From a virus (lineage: Duplodnaviria > Caudoviricetes), in the IMG/VR virus record IMGVR_UViG_3300020049_006510, positions 6,049 to 70,048 of that record: a stretch of DNA of 64,000 nt; one strand, given 5' to 3'. Below the pieces are notes generated by a model. The model saw only the letters and a program-made list of their open reading frames with translations, had not been told where the DNA came from and did not search any database. Position 1 is the stretch's first letter; the number at the start of each line of letters is the position of its first letter. Both the position numbers and the translations under genes were made by a program. Positions 1 to 9,584 of the stretch are shown in pieces.

Positions 1-232
1 ATGCCATCGTTGCCTTCATTATTCTCTCATCCTTTCGGGTAGTATCGTTTCGGGTGATAAGCCTAGCACTTAAAGAAAGTGGTTTATTATTAATGTGTAT
101 CCGCGACTTTAGCTTCGGATTTTGTATAAGCACTGTTGGTATTACAATCTTATACAGCTACTCGTGGTTCGTCTAGCTCTTACACGAGGAACTCAACTTA
201 CATGTATTTCTACAGAGGCTGTTGGTACAATT

Positions 233-757
233 TTAAAACAACTCATAAGAATTGTTAACTTTACTTTCTTGTATTGGTGTAGGTTTATCTTTAATAAATT
301 CTGTTTTCCATCCTTCAAAAGTAACATAAGTCATTTCTTTTCTGTCCCACCCACTTTCATATTTTAAACTGGGCCTTGCACTACATCCATCAAAACCTTT
401 GTACTTTGCATAAACGTAGTCAGATCCAGTGTAACCTAGATAAATAGATTGATATCTTTTACCATTAATACTTTCAATGTAATCTACAATTTCAGGCTGA
501 CTTTCTGTATACCAATATTTGGGAAAAGATTTCTTATAATGCTTCTCCCATTCTTCTAGGGTTATTTCTGTATAACCATCAGGTATATCATCATTTATAT
601 AACTTTCACCAGAATCAGGGCTATAAGTATAATACTTATAATGCTTACAACCTGCATAACCATAATCTCTGATTTTATCTAGCCAAATACCAACTTTATT
701 TCTTACTTCATCATTAATTTCTATTGCCCATTTTTCAGGAAATAAAGTACTATTCAT
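233..757 (-). CDS. hypothetical phage protein
   Basis: 174-aa ORF in a tightly packed minus-strand gene string; start overlaps the stop of the upstream gene. Confidence 0.7.
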   Translation of the reverse strand: MNSTLFPEKWAIEINDEVRNKVGIWLDKIRDYGYAGCKHYKYYTYSPDSGESYINDDIPDGYTEITLEEWEKHYKKSFPKYWYTESQPEIVDYIESINGKRYQSIYLGYTGSDYVYAKYKGFDGCSARPSLKYESGWDRKEMTYVTFEGWKTEFIKDKPTPIQESKVNNSYELF

Positions 758-1166
758 TTTCTTTAGGTTTAGGTATACAATCTTTTGGTACTAGTTGTTG
801 AACCATGTCATAGATTTCTTTCCAGCTTGGCATTCCGTTAACTTTCCATGATAAACTATCATCTCCTATATAACAATGCGACCATATTTTGCGCGTACCC
901 TTCCCATCAAACAATAGAAGTTCGTCAGGTCTAGGTTCATTAATCTTATCAAACATGTACCCATGATCTAATAACCATTTCTCAGCTAACAATTGATTTA
1001 TTGAATTTCTGCATGTCCAAATTATTAAATAATAACCTTCTAGATATAGCTTATTAAGATATTCTAAAGAATCTTTTATTGGTACTCCAGGTATAGGAAA
1101 ATGTCCCTTTTCTGATATCGTTTCATCAAAGTCCACAAGTAAAGAAATTCCATTTAATTTTCTCAT
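750..1166 (-). CDS. HAD-superfamily phosphatase/nucleotidase
   Basis: Motif I VDFDET, motif II IWTCR, terminal YIGDD; typical short phage HAD protein. Confidence 0.8.
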   Translation of the reverse strand: MRKLNGISLLVDFDETISEKGHFPIPGVPIKDSLEYLNKLYLEGYYLIIWTCRNSINQLLAEKWLLDHGYMFDKINEPRPDELLLFDGKGTRKIWSHCYIGDDSLSWKVNGMPSWKEIYDMVQQLVPKDCIPKPKENE

Positions 1167-1167
1167 A

Positions 1168-1683
1168 TTATAAAGGTTTTACAAAGTTATGAAACAAATT
1201 ACTTTCTACAAATCTACTAGAATGACACCAACGAATATCAGCAGGTAATGTTTCTCTACATTTGTAGCATTCTACCCAGTTAACATCCATTTTGAGACCT
1301 ATATTTATATGCTCCTCGCCACAGTTACACTTAAATTTACTAATGATTTCATGCTCTTCACCATATTTAATCTCTGGACCAACCTCATTACCTGGCATTG
1401 GCTTATCATTTATTACTTTTACTTTCATGTTTTTAATATTTAAGTTAACTAATACTCCATATCTTTCGTAAATTTCTCTTTCAGTCATGTATTTAACAGT
1501 TGTAAAAGAATTGGCATTTTGAATACATTTTCCGCAATATTGTTCATGCAAAGCTAATTCACCTCTTAAACAAGATTTATCTTCTTCAGTAAGTTCTGCC
1601 CCAGCTCTAACAATACAACCGCAAGAATTACAAAGAACAGCGCCCATACCACCATTATATTTTATTATGGCTTTATTTTCCAT
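1168..1683 (-). CDS. Cys-rich hypothetical protein (putative Zn-binding)
   Basis: CNSC, CGKC, CNC and CYKC clusters; in operon. Confidence 0.6.
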   Translation of the reverse strand: MENKAIIKYNGGMGAVLCNSCGCIVRAGAELTEEDKSCLRGELALHEQYCGKCIQNANSFTTVKYMTEREIYERYGVLVNLNIKNMKVKVINDKPMPGNEVGPEIKYGEEHEIISKFKCNCGEEHINIGLKMDVNWVECYKCRETLPADIRWCHSSRFVESNLFHNFVKPL

Positions 1684-2213
1684 CCTTTTGATATTAGATA
1701 TTTAGTACAGTCATAACAAAATTTCTCTTCTTGCCCCATAGTATATTTACTATCAGCATCTTGCATGATACAATTCTTACGAGGGCAATGTTGTAAACCA
1801 AATGCATGACCTAACTCATGGATACATACTTTGTAAAAATCTTCTTTAGATTTTAATCTGTAAGTAGATACTACACTAGCATTATCATTTATGTAACTTA
1901 ATCCAAATATACCCCAATCAGAATACTTACCACTTTGTGTTGTTATATCTCTTGAGGTTAAACCTAATACAATAGCCTTCTTATTCTTCAAATCTATAAG
2001 AAGACTATCTGCTCTGTAACGTTTGTTAACATAAGCAAATTTAGGTAATTGTTTGTCTTGATTTACCATTAAATTAGGTAAATAAACTTTTAATTTTTCG
2101 ATGACAAAATCATTATACTCTTTAGTAATTCCTTTATAAGGTTGTACTATAACTTGCTTTTGAGCATGTGTGTATAATGAAATTAGTATAAAAAGTATAA
2201 TTAATTTTTTCAT
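1665..2213 (-). CDS. exported archaemetzincin-like zinc metalloprotease (peptidase M54-like)
   Basis: HELGHAFGLQHC-x4-CIM metzincin motif, C-terminal FCxxC, signal peptide ending HA|Q. Confidence 0.8.
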   Translation of the reverse strand: MKKLIILFILISLYTHAQKQVIVQPYKGITKEYNDFVIEKLKVYLPNLMVNQDKQLPKFAYVNKRYRADSLLIDLKNKKAIVLGLTSRDITTQSGKYSDWGIFGLSYINDNASVVSTYRLKSKEDFYKVCIHELGHAFGLQHCPRKNCIMQDADSKYTMGQEEKFCYDCTKYLISKGWKIKP

Positions 2214-2758
2214 TTTATTTTTGCTGCTTTACGCAATTTGTTAATATAATCAGGATCTTCGGCATATTTAGAGTCCTGTAAGTATTGTAAATATTCTTCT
2301 TCTGTATTGATGTTAGCCATATAAGGAGATTGTCTCAAAGCATAATCAATTACACAATCTTTCCATGTATCATAGTAAGCGTAGCCACCTTGTTCTCCTG
2401 ATCGAGTAGTGACTCTACTGGTAGCAATACGCATACCTGAAAAATTATTATTGTTTCTGAATAATGGAGAATCAAAATTACCTGATTCTAATCGAAACTG
2501 TTCAAAAAGAATATTTGCAAATTTGAATTGTTTAGCTTTTAAGAAATCTTTAAGTTTTTCTTCAGAGAATTCATTGTGTTGTTTAATAATTACAATTTTC
2601 TCTTCTTCGGTTATAGCTCTGGTTTTAGGTTGATTAATTGTAAAACCAAAAGCCATACCAATAGCACCGCATGTAAGACCTATTACAAAAAAGAATAACC
2701 AAATTTTTAATTTAGTATTCTCAAATGTAAGAGAGTCTTTGTTAAACTTATAATGCAT
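2210..2758 (-). CDS. GH73-like glucosaminidase with N-terminal membrane anchor (putative peptidoglycan hydrolase/endolysin)
   Basis: Q-x-x-LESG, NNNFSGM, YAYYDTW and YAEDPDY motifs; one N-terminal TM helix. Confidence 0.75.
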   Translation of the reverse strand: MHYKFNKDSLTFENTKLKIWLFFFVIGLTCGAIGMAFGFTINQPKTRAITEEEKIVIIKQHNEFSEEKLKDFLKAKQFKFANILFEQFRLESGNFDSPLFRNNNNFSGMRIATSRVTTRSGEQGGYAYYDTWKDCVIDYALRQSPYMANINTEEEYLQYLQDSKYAEDPDYINKLRKAAKIK

Positions 2759-3164
2759 TTGTATTAAGATTAAATTCTTTTGCTAATTTTTTTAATTCAT
2801 CTTTCCAACATATTGGAAGTACAGTGTCATGAATTAATTGCATATCTTGAATCAAATTTTCATGCTTGTTTGTAACAAGACCTACCTTTACTAAAGCTTG
2901 CCAAGAAGCGCCATATAATTCTATATTAATATCAGGATACTTCTTTTGCAATGCTATGGCGTTATCCATTTCAGGAATATATTCATTATCAGCAATAAGA
3001 CAACCAGCAGCACATTTTGTATTTTCTGCACCTTTGTAAGCACAAATTTCTCTGTCATCATATCTATTAGATTGTTTACCTTGTTTTAATAAATGAGTAG
3101 CTATTTGGTCAAAAACCTCTTGTTTGGTAGAATTTGCTAAATTAGCTAATGTTATTGTTTTCAT
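2748..3164 (-). CDS. hypothetical phage protein
   Basis: 138-aa ORF with CAY...CAAGCLI motif; coupled overlaps. Confidence 0.65.
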   Translation of the reverse strand: MKTITLANLANSTKQEVFDQIATHLLKQGKQSNRYDDREICAYKGAENTKCAAGCLIADNEYIPEMDNAIALQKKYPDINIELYGASWQALVKVGLVTNKHENLIQDMQLIHDTVLPICWKDELKKLAKEFNLNTNAL

Positions 3165-3499
3165 GAATACTTTACTTTATTAAGTTTTCTTTGTAGTTTA
3201 ATAGATAATCCTTTAGTAAATCTTTCCCATTGTTTAGATAACGTAGTAGTCTTAGGATCCGAAATATCTCTAAACAAATTATTTTGAATAATACTTGTAT
3301 ACTTAGGATTTCTAACTGCTTCAAAAAAATCATTAGCTACACTAGGTGCAGGGAATAACCATTTTCTTTCAGGTGTTAAAGTAGCCATTAATTGTTTAGT
3401 ACCTAATTGGGTATCTACTTCATAAATTTCTCTACCTTCTGTTGTGTCTCTTAGTATAACATGATAGTTATCATCTAGACTAAATTTAAATTCGTTCAT
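3161..3499 (-). CDS. hypothetical protein
   Basis: 112-aa ORF in operon. Confidence 0.6.
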   Translation of the reverse strand: MNEFKFSLDDNYHVILRDTTEGREIYEVDTQLGTKQLMATLTPERKWLFPAPSVANDFFEAVRNPKYTSIIQNNLFRDISDPKTTTLSKQWERFTKGLSIKLQRKLNKVKYS

Positions 3500-3510
3500 A
3501 GTTATTGTAT

Positions 3511-4020
3511 TTAATCGAAAAAGATATATAAACCAGGTATCTCAGAAGGTGAATTTTTATACCAAAAACTAGTTTGTAAACGTTTGAAGTTCTCTGGTAT
3601 TTTACTTATAACAACATGGCTTGAACGTTTTGTTTCAGAAGTCCATTTTTTTGCTAGATCGCAAGCGTCTTTTTTGAAGTCAAAATATAAAATTTCCCCT
3701 TTATCATTTAATAAAGGATTTATTACATTGGGATAATCTTTAGATACTATGTATTTTGTTAACCAGTTCTTGACTCCAGGCGTAACCCGGTCTTCTATCG
3801 AAAATTTTACTTTATTAACGTTCTCTCCTGGTTCTACTTCACAATACCCCCATAAAAACCCTAAGTCTTCAAAAGCTTCAGGGTCTTTACGTTGGTCAGT
3901 AATTTGTCTACTAATATCTATGAAGCCATTGTAAGACAATGTTTTACCTTCTTCTTCGTATTCTTCTCTAAGACGAGCGTAGGCTTCTTGTATCGAATAT
4001 GCTTGTATTGTATGTTTCAT
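3511..4020 (-). CDS. hypothetical protein
   Basis: 169-aa ORF with ATGA overlap. Confidence 0.65.
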   Translation of the reverse strand: MKHTIQAYSIQEAYARLREEYEEEGKTLSYNGFIDISRQITDQRKDPEAFEDLGFLWGYCEVEPGENVNKVKFSIEDRVTPGVKNWLTKYIVSKDYPNVINPLLNDKGEILYFDFKKDACDLAKKWTSETKRSSHVVISKIPENFKRLQTSFWYKNSPSEIPGLYIFFD

Positions 4021-4379
4021 TTCACTTTAGCCATTACATTTTTAATCTGAAATATGTTCTTTTGCTCATTGTAAACAAGACTTATTTCAGAAGACTTAGC
4101 AGCCTGTAAATCAATATTTATCATAAAATTATCTTCTAGAGTATTTTCTATATTAAGAGTCTTTATGAATGTTGAAAATACAAACAATATTCTATGTCTT
4201 GTGGTGTTGTCGAGTTCAAGGCTATATTTATGTTTAAATTCGCCCAAAAATACAGTGTCAGAATCGATGACTTCATAAGCAATAAATTTTTCTTTTGTTA
4301 AGTTTTTACCTTCAATGTTTAATTGAGCAATACTTGTTAAAGATATTGTTAGTAGTAGTATTGTTAATAGTTTTCTCAT
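4017..4379 (-). CDS. exported hypothetical protein
   Basis: Signal peptide MRKLLTILLLTISLTSIA|Q. Confidence 0.65.
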   Translation of the reverse strand: MRKLLTILLLTISLTSIAQLNIEGKNLTKEKFIAYEVIDSDTVFLGEFKHKYSLELDNTTRHRILFVFSTFIKTLNIENTLEDNFMINIDLQAAKSSEISLVYNEQKNIFQIKNVMAKVK

Positions 4380-4380
4380 T

Positions 4381-4575
4381 TTATTTAATATTTTTTAGTG
4401 GGTATGATTCTAGAATATCTTGCCTAAGTTCTACATCTGTAAATTTTATTGATGCAGCAGTTTTCAAAGCAGCTTCGACATGTTTCTTAGCAAACTCAAT
4501 CATGAGTTCCTTTGTAGACATCTTGTTATTTATAGTCTCGTTTATATAATCTTGAGCAGAAGCAGGTATTATCAT
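4381..4575 (-). CDS. hypothetical protein
   Basis: 64-aa ORF filling operon gap. Confidence 0.5.
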   Translation of the reverse strand: MIIPASAQDYINETINNKMSTKELMIEFAKKHVEAALKTAASIKFTDVELRQDILESYPLKNIK

Positions 4576-4582
4576 AATTTAA

Positions 4583-4879
4583 TTAATTTAAACAGTATAA
4601 GTTAGACAAAGCGCGTAAATGGTCATTCCCATAGTCTCTTCCTTGCATCATTCTAAATTTTCTTTCAAATCTTTCTAAATGAACTTCTAAGTGTGTCTTA
4701 AATTCTAATGAAGCCAAGTAGCCTTTATGGTGTAAGTATAATTTCTGTTGTACACTAAAATCACCAGAATTTTTAAGCCCTAATATATCATGAGTACTAC
4801 GAGGAAATTTAGCATCACTTAGTATTATAGAATTCAAATGATGCTGTACATATTGATCAATGTCTTTAAATCTTTTCAT
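4583..4879 (-). CDS. hypothetical protein
   Basis: 98-aa ORF in operon. Confidence 0.55.
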   Translation of the reverse strand: MKRFKDIDQYVQHHLNSIILSDAKFPRSTHDILGLKNSGDFSVQQKLYLHHKGYLASLEFKTHLEVHLERFERKFRMMQGRDYGNDHLRALSNLYCLN

Positions 4880-5066
4880 TGTATTCTATTTCTAGTACTC
4901 TACTTAAAGGAATACTAATTTCTTTGTTATTGTTAATATTAGTGAAAGTAACTAGAGTTGGTTTAGTTTGTAAATCTAAAGAAAGTTGTCCATCTTTAGG
5001 TTTTATATTATAATGTCCATATCTAATTACTTTCACATCATAAAATATTTTGTGTATTTCAGCCAT
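4866..5066 (-). CDS. hypothetical protein
   Basis: 66-aa ORF with TAATG coupling to the upstream gene. Confidence 0.55.
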   Translation of the reverse strand: MAEIHKIFYDVKVIRYGHYNIKPKDGQLSLDLQTKPTLVTFTNINNNKEISIPLSRVLEIEYNEKI

Positions 5067-5992
5067 TACTTTAAACAGTTTACACCAAATGAATATCTAG
5101 TTTTCATAATGGGAAATTTTATCTTTTTAACTAAAGATATGTCTTTTTGAGACAAACCCAATATTTTAAAAGTATTTAAAAGATTTTTCTTAGCTTGTTC
5201 AAAAGTTATTTCTTTTAATTCCTTCATTTTATTGTATTTAAGATTTAATTTTTCTCCCTTTTTAGTAATATTGTAAATATAATTATAAATACTAATAGCT
5301 AAATCAAAATGTAATTCTGTCTCATGTTGATCACGAGGCATCATAAAAAATCTAAATTCAATAGTTTCCATTACATCACGATAAATAATAGGAAAAGCTT
5401 TTTCTAATGATACTTTTGTAGCATTTTGTAATAAACCTAAATAATCAATTTTCTTATATTTTGAAGAGATATAATGATAAAAACCAAAACTATTTAATTC
5501 TCCATATCCAGGCTTAACTAGCATAGAACCTTTAAATTGCAATAAAGAATTAGCTGCATAAATATCATGTGGATTATTAAAAGCCCAATTTAATTCAGGA
5601 TTATTAATACTGAGGATATAAAGATTTTCAAGAAATTTATCTCTTAAATGTTCTTCAATACTATCAAATGACAAGTGAATGTGCCCACCGCCATCTCTTT
5701 CAAGGTATTCTTCATTATGCGTGGTAGGAAGAAGTTTAATTTCTTTTTCTAATATTTTTAAATCTTTAAAAAAAGTTTTTCTTTGATTAATTCTATAATA
5801 TTTATGTTCATTGGTAATTTCTATACACCCAGGATCTGTAGATATAACAAATTTATCGTCAATTTTATCAGGGTATATTCGACCAACAAGAAAATCATTA
5901 ACATCTTCAACAATATTTAGAAATAATTCATAAGGCTCCATTAAATAAGTAGCTTCATAACCAAATTGTACGTTGTGAACACATTTAACCAT
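5066..5992 (-). CDS. putative amidoligase (COOH-NH2 ligase type 2 / glutamine-synthetase-like fold)
   Basis: GYEATY, DPGCIEI, GGGHIHLS and TIEFRFF motifs in the order typical of Amidoligase_2. Confidence 0.65.
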   Translation of the reverse strand: MVKCVHNVQFGYEATYLMEPYELFLNIVEDVNDFLVGRIYPDKIDDKFVISTDPGCIEITNEHKYYRINQRKTFFKDLKILEKEIKLLPTTHNEEYLERDGGGHIHLSFDSIEEHLRDKFLENLYILSINNPELNWAFNNPHDIYAANSLLQFKGSMLVKPGYGELNSFGFYHYISSKYKKIDYLGLLQNATKVSLEKAFPIIYRDVMETIEFRFFMMPRDQHETELHFDLAISIYNYIYNITKKGEKLNLKYNKMKELKEITFEQAKKNLLNTFKILGLSQKDISLVKKIKFPIMKTRYSFGVNCLK

Positions 5993-6503
5993 TTGTTTGA
6001 GTATTATAATATTCTATAAATTGCAATATACTATTTATAGTAGCGTTAATTTTATTCGTATCAAAGTTAATAAATTGTTTACCATAATTACCAGATTTGC
6101 AATCTATTTCACAATAGTAACTGGCTATATGTACTATAGGATTTTGACAATGATGAACATTTTCAATTTTATTAATCACTTCCATTATACGATTCCAATC
6201 TGTTAAATAACCAGGATGAATGATATATTCTCTACCATTAAGTGTATCCCATGATAAAGTTTCCCAATCAGTTCTGAAACCTTTAATTGATTTTTCCAAA
6301 TTAAAATCTGGATTAGGTAAATCTTTGAAATAATAATTTTCATCATCTTCATATTTAACCACTTCTATAGGAACTTTAGAGTATACAGTGGTAACTTCGT
6401 CAGGTTCATAAATGCCGTGATCTCCTTCTATAAACACATTTTCTTGAATATATTTATAGCCCATAAATTTAGCTATAATGTTAATTTTTTGTTGATCGTT
6501 CAT
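5985..6503 (-). CDS. hypothetical phage protein, paralog of 6481-6978
   Basis: IAKFMGY ... DWNRIMEVINKI ... ILQFIEYYN, shared with neighbour. Confidence 0.65.
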   Translation of the reverse strand: MNDQQKINIIAKFMGYKYIQENVFIEGDHGIYEPDEVTTVYSKVPIEVVKYEDDENYYFKDLPNPDFNLEKSIKGFRTDWETLSWDTLNGREYIIHPGYLTDWNRIMEVINKIENVHHCQNPIVHIASYYCEIDCKSGNYGKQFINFDTNKINATINSILQFIEYYNTQTNG

Positions 6504-6978
6504 TGTACCATATTATAAAGTCATAAACTGCTTGAAATGTAGCCAATATTGGAGATTCATTGAATAATGAAAAGCGATAATCTTTTACTATTTTATCAGT
6601 ATCCATAACAATAAATTCGCTTTTTAGATACTTATTATAGTCATAGATAATTCTTGTGAATCTTTTACCAATAGTAATATGATAGTTATCTTTTGTACAG
6701 AATAAATCATCTTCTCCAATAGAATGTATTTTAGCTACTACTTCCATAAGCCATGCCCAATCATCTGCAAATGGTAATTCGAAATGCTTTCTACAAAGAA
6801 ACCAATTTTTTGGAGCTGCTTTAATAGATCTATTTGGTAAATTTTTTAAGCGCCATCCCAAATATTCATCAGTGAAACCGTAATTTTTATTTTTATTATC
6901 AGGATCGAAACCAAAGTATTCATAACCCATAAATCGAGCTATTACTTTGTTCATTTCTATAAGTTCTTCTTTGTTCAT
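6481..6978 (-). CDS. hypothetical phage protein, paralog of 5985-6503
   Basis: IARFMGY ... DWAWLMEVVAKI ... VYDFIIWYN. Confidence 0.65.
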   Translation of the reverse strand: MNKEELIEMNKVIARFMGYEYFGFDPDNKNKNYGFTDEYLGWRLKNLPNRSIKAAPKNWFLCRKHFELPFADDWAWLMEVVAKIHSIGEDDLFCTKDNYHITIGKRFTRIIYDYNKYLKSEFIVMDTDKIVKDYRFSLFNESPILATFQAVYDFIIWYNERSTKN

Positions 6979-6996
6979 TTGTTTAGTTTTAAATGA

Positions 6997-7194
6997 TTAT
7001 TTACAATCAGAGCATATATGTTTATTGGTATTAATAGTCCAACCATAGTTAATTGCTACTGTTTCAATATTTTTACGTGTATCTTCAAAAATAGTATGTC
7101 CTCTGTATGAGACCAGAGAATGTGTATCTGGATATTCCAAATAACTATGACATTTGTCACATTTAATACTATATTCTTTAATTTCAGATATCAT
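6997..7194 (-). CDS. small CxxC...CxxC zinc-finger protein (paralog of 11386-11595)
   Basis: IKCDKC ... GW ... HICSDC. Confidence 0.65.
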   Translation of the reverse strand: MISEIKEYSIKCDKCHSYLEYPDTHSLVSYRGHTIFEDTRKNIETVAINYGWTINTNKHICSDCK

Positions 7195-7214
7195 TGTGTT
7201 TAGTTTTAATTAAT

Positions 7215-7240
7215 AAAAAAGCCCCTAATTTCTTAGAGGC
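7215..7240 (-). terminator. intrinsic terminator
   Basis: GCCTCTAA-GAAA-TTAGGGGC followed by T6 on the minus strand. Confidence 0.75.
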
Positions 7241-7263
7241 TCTTTAAAATAAGTTTAATAGTA

Positions 7264-7676
7264 TTAAGCTATCATGAAATCGATATAAAACTCAGCATCA
7301 AAAGCATCAGCTGCATGTTTATTTTGTATATCAATAACAATAGTGCCATTCACTGTACATCTTGCCTTGATTACTGGAGTACCAACACCAGTATAACGTG
7401 CTAAACTTACTAATATAACAGAAGTAGTTAAAGCTCTGTCATTAGTTACAGTGATTTGTTGAGTTGCTGCTGCTGCTGTAGTTAAAGCTTCTGTAGTAAT
7501 TTTACCATTACGTTTGTTAATAGTAACTGCATTAGTAACCCTGACTCTGTTACATAATCAATTAAATGACTAATCATGTCTTTCATATCACGAAACATTT
7601 CTGCTGTGTTTCCTGGAGTTACTTCTACTGTAGCTAAATAAGCTGCTAATTCTGTTGTGTTTTTTGATGCTGCCAT
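7264..7676 (-). pseudogene. frameshifted virion fibre/decoration-like gene (137 aa if one G is restored)
   Basis: ORF from 7676 continues in the -1 frame at GGG (7539-7541) into ...NAVTINKRNGKITTEALTTAAA...ITVTN...GTIVIDIQNKHA...IDFMIA*; domain pattern resembles phage head-fibre/decoration beta domains. Confidence 0.55.
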
Positions 7677-7749
7677 CTTGTTAAATTAATTTAAGTTATT
7701 GTAATATTACATACAATTTATAAAAATTAATTTTGACAGCATAAGGGTA

Positions 7750-8172
7750 TTAGTCTACGAATTTCTTAGTCTTTTCTACAATAATAAGACGTTCAGCCTT
7801 CTCAAAGATATCTTTTTCTTGGTTATAAAAGTAGTATAATCCTACAGCATTATCTACTAATTCCACTATTAAAGGATAATCTTCAGCATCTCTACAAAAG
7901 TATACTATACCACCTTCTATGATAGAAGTTTTATCAATGTAATAAACATAATTAAAAATAGTGTCGTTGTCAGACATCATTAATTTAATAACGTCATTAC
8001 CATCAGATATATCAAGAACTCTTAAGAAACTGCCGGTAGTATCTACTGAATTCCAAACGCTATCGGTTTTTGTAAAGAATTTTTCATTTTGTGCAGTTAT
8101 TCTTTGAAAAGAATTTTGTGCGAATGTTGTTATACTAAATATAATTAGTATTAATGTGATTAATTTTTTCAT
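7750..8172 (-). CDS. exported hypothetical protein
   Basis: Signal peptide MKKLITLILIIFSITTFA|Q. Confidence 0.7.
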   Translation of the reverse strand: MKKLITLILIIFSITTFAQNSFQRITAQNEKFFTKTDSVWNSVDTTGSFLRVLDISDGNDVIKLMMSDNDTIFNYVYYIDKTSIIEGGIVYFCRDAEDYPLIVELVDNAVGLYYFYNQEKDIFEKAERLIIVEKTKKFVD

Positions 8173-8195
8173 GTGTTTTAATTTTAAATTATTTG

Positions 8196-8477
8196 TTAGT
8201 ATTTTTTAGGTATCATTGATAATAAAATATTCCTTGTCATACCATGTGACATTCTTTGTGCTCTTTTCTTAAACTTGAGAGAACTAGTTTCTTTTCTAAT
8301 AAATCTTAGTTGTTTAATAGATTTGAGAGGATCTTGTCTTTTCCATTTAAAGAAAGGATCGAAATCATTTTCTTCTTCAGGATTTAGTACATACCTAACA
8401 TGAGGCATTATATAATTTTTATTTGGTATCATGTGTTTGTGTTTAAAATGCCGTCTTTCCGAGCTGTCAATAATCAC
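8196..8477 (-). CDS. basic hypothetical protein
   Basis: 93-aa ORF; start uncertain. Confidence 0.45.
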   Translation of the reverse strand: MIIDSSERRHFKHKHMIPNKNYIMPHVRYVLNPEEENDFDPFFKWKRQDPLKSIKQLRFIRKETSSLKFKKRAQRMSHGMTRNILLSMIPKKY

Positions 8478-8517
8478 TTACTGCTATTACGCTAATGTAG
8501 ATTATCACATCATATTA

Positions 8518-8727
8518 TTATACTCTTTTCAAAATATTAACAGGTTCTTGACCAGCATGAATTAATGTAGTATCTACAAATAAAGCTAATTCTTTTAATC
8601 TGTAACCAATTTTCTTTTTACCTAGTATATCAGCTTGGTATAATTCTCTGCCATTGAAATGACGAATAATTGATACGTTACTATAATTAGTATCTGAAAT
8701 ATGTTTTTGATCTGTATATGTTGCCAT
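8518..8727 (-). CDS. hypothetical phage protein
   Basis: 69-aa ORF with TAATG coupling. Confidence 0.6.
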   Translation of the reverse strand: MATYTDQKHISDTNYSNVSIIRHFNGRELYQADILGKKKIGYRLKELALFVDTTLIHAGQEPVNILKRV

Positions 8728-8942
8728 TATTTTAGTGTTATTTCAACGTAATCAATATCATTATCTAATAAACCATCCGCATCAATTCCATCTTCGCAAG
8801 TGCGTTCAGAAGAATCTTTCATATGAATTGATAATGTTTTAAAAGTTTTTTCAGCGTAAGATTTAATTACTGTTCTGTCATCAGTTTCACTATTAAAATT
8901 TAATAGTAATTCACCTTCTTTATTCTTTATTTGTAGCTCCAT
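8727..8942 (-). CDS. hypothetical protein
   Basis: 71-aa ORF in operon. Confidence 0.55.
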   Translation of the reverse strand: MELQIKNKEGELLLNFNSETDDRTVIKSYAEKTFKTLSIHMKDSSERTCEDGIDADGLLDNDIDYVEITLK

Positions 8943-9414
8943 CTTTCCAATCTATTTTAGGACAATAATTATTATACTTAGCTTTGAAAAATTCTGTAAA
9001 TATATTAGGTTTCTTTTCGAAATTATATTCTTTTCTTTTAATAAGCCACATTATAAACAATACTGGAACAGCTACACATATTAATAGAGCTATTGCCATT
9101 GAAAGACCGTTCCATGCTGTTAAACCTAATACAGCACCAAGCATTGTAATAACACCAATTAATGCTATTGTGCAACCTAATAAACATAACCAAATAGCGA
9201 ATCCTAATATATTTCTTTCTTGTGGTTCAAAAGGTATAGTACTTTTTTCTATTTTATCTAAAACAATAACAGGAATTGACAATATAACACTTGGAATAAA
9301 CCAAAGTATTCCTATTATAATTTTCCAAAAGTATGGACAAAGATTACTTGGTAGTTCTGATGCATAAGTCCAATTATATAAACGTGCATGCCATGAGTTT
9401 GTTGATGCTTTCAT
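8920..9414 (-). CDS. membrane protein (about 3 TM segments)
   Basis: SWHARLY...NLCPYFW N-terminal motif, hydrophobic helices, C-terminal YCPKIDW. Confidence 0.65.
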   Translation of the reverse strand: MKASTNSWHARLYNWTYASELPSNLCPYFWKIIIGILWFIPSVILSIPVIVLDKIEKSTIPFEPQERNILGFAIWLCLLGCTIALIGVITMLGAVLGLTAWNGLSMAIALLICVAVPVLFIMWLIKRKEYNFEKKPNIFTEFFKAKYNNYCPKIDWKDGATNKE

Positions 9415-9584
9415 TTTATTGAGGTTTGATTTGTGTATAATTATCTTTAATGTGTTGAGAAAGTTTCTTTGCTTGTATTTCTTCTTGAATACTTATTCCT
9501 CTTCCTTTAGTATTACCAATTTTATCCAATAATTTGGTAATATTTTTTAATGTTTTTGTGTCTACTTTATACATAGTTAATTGT

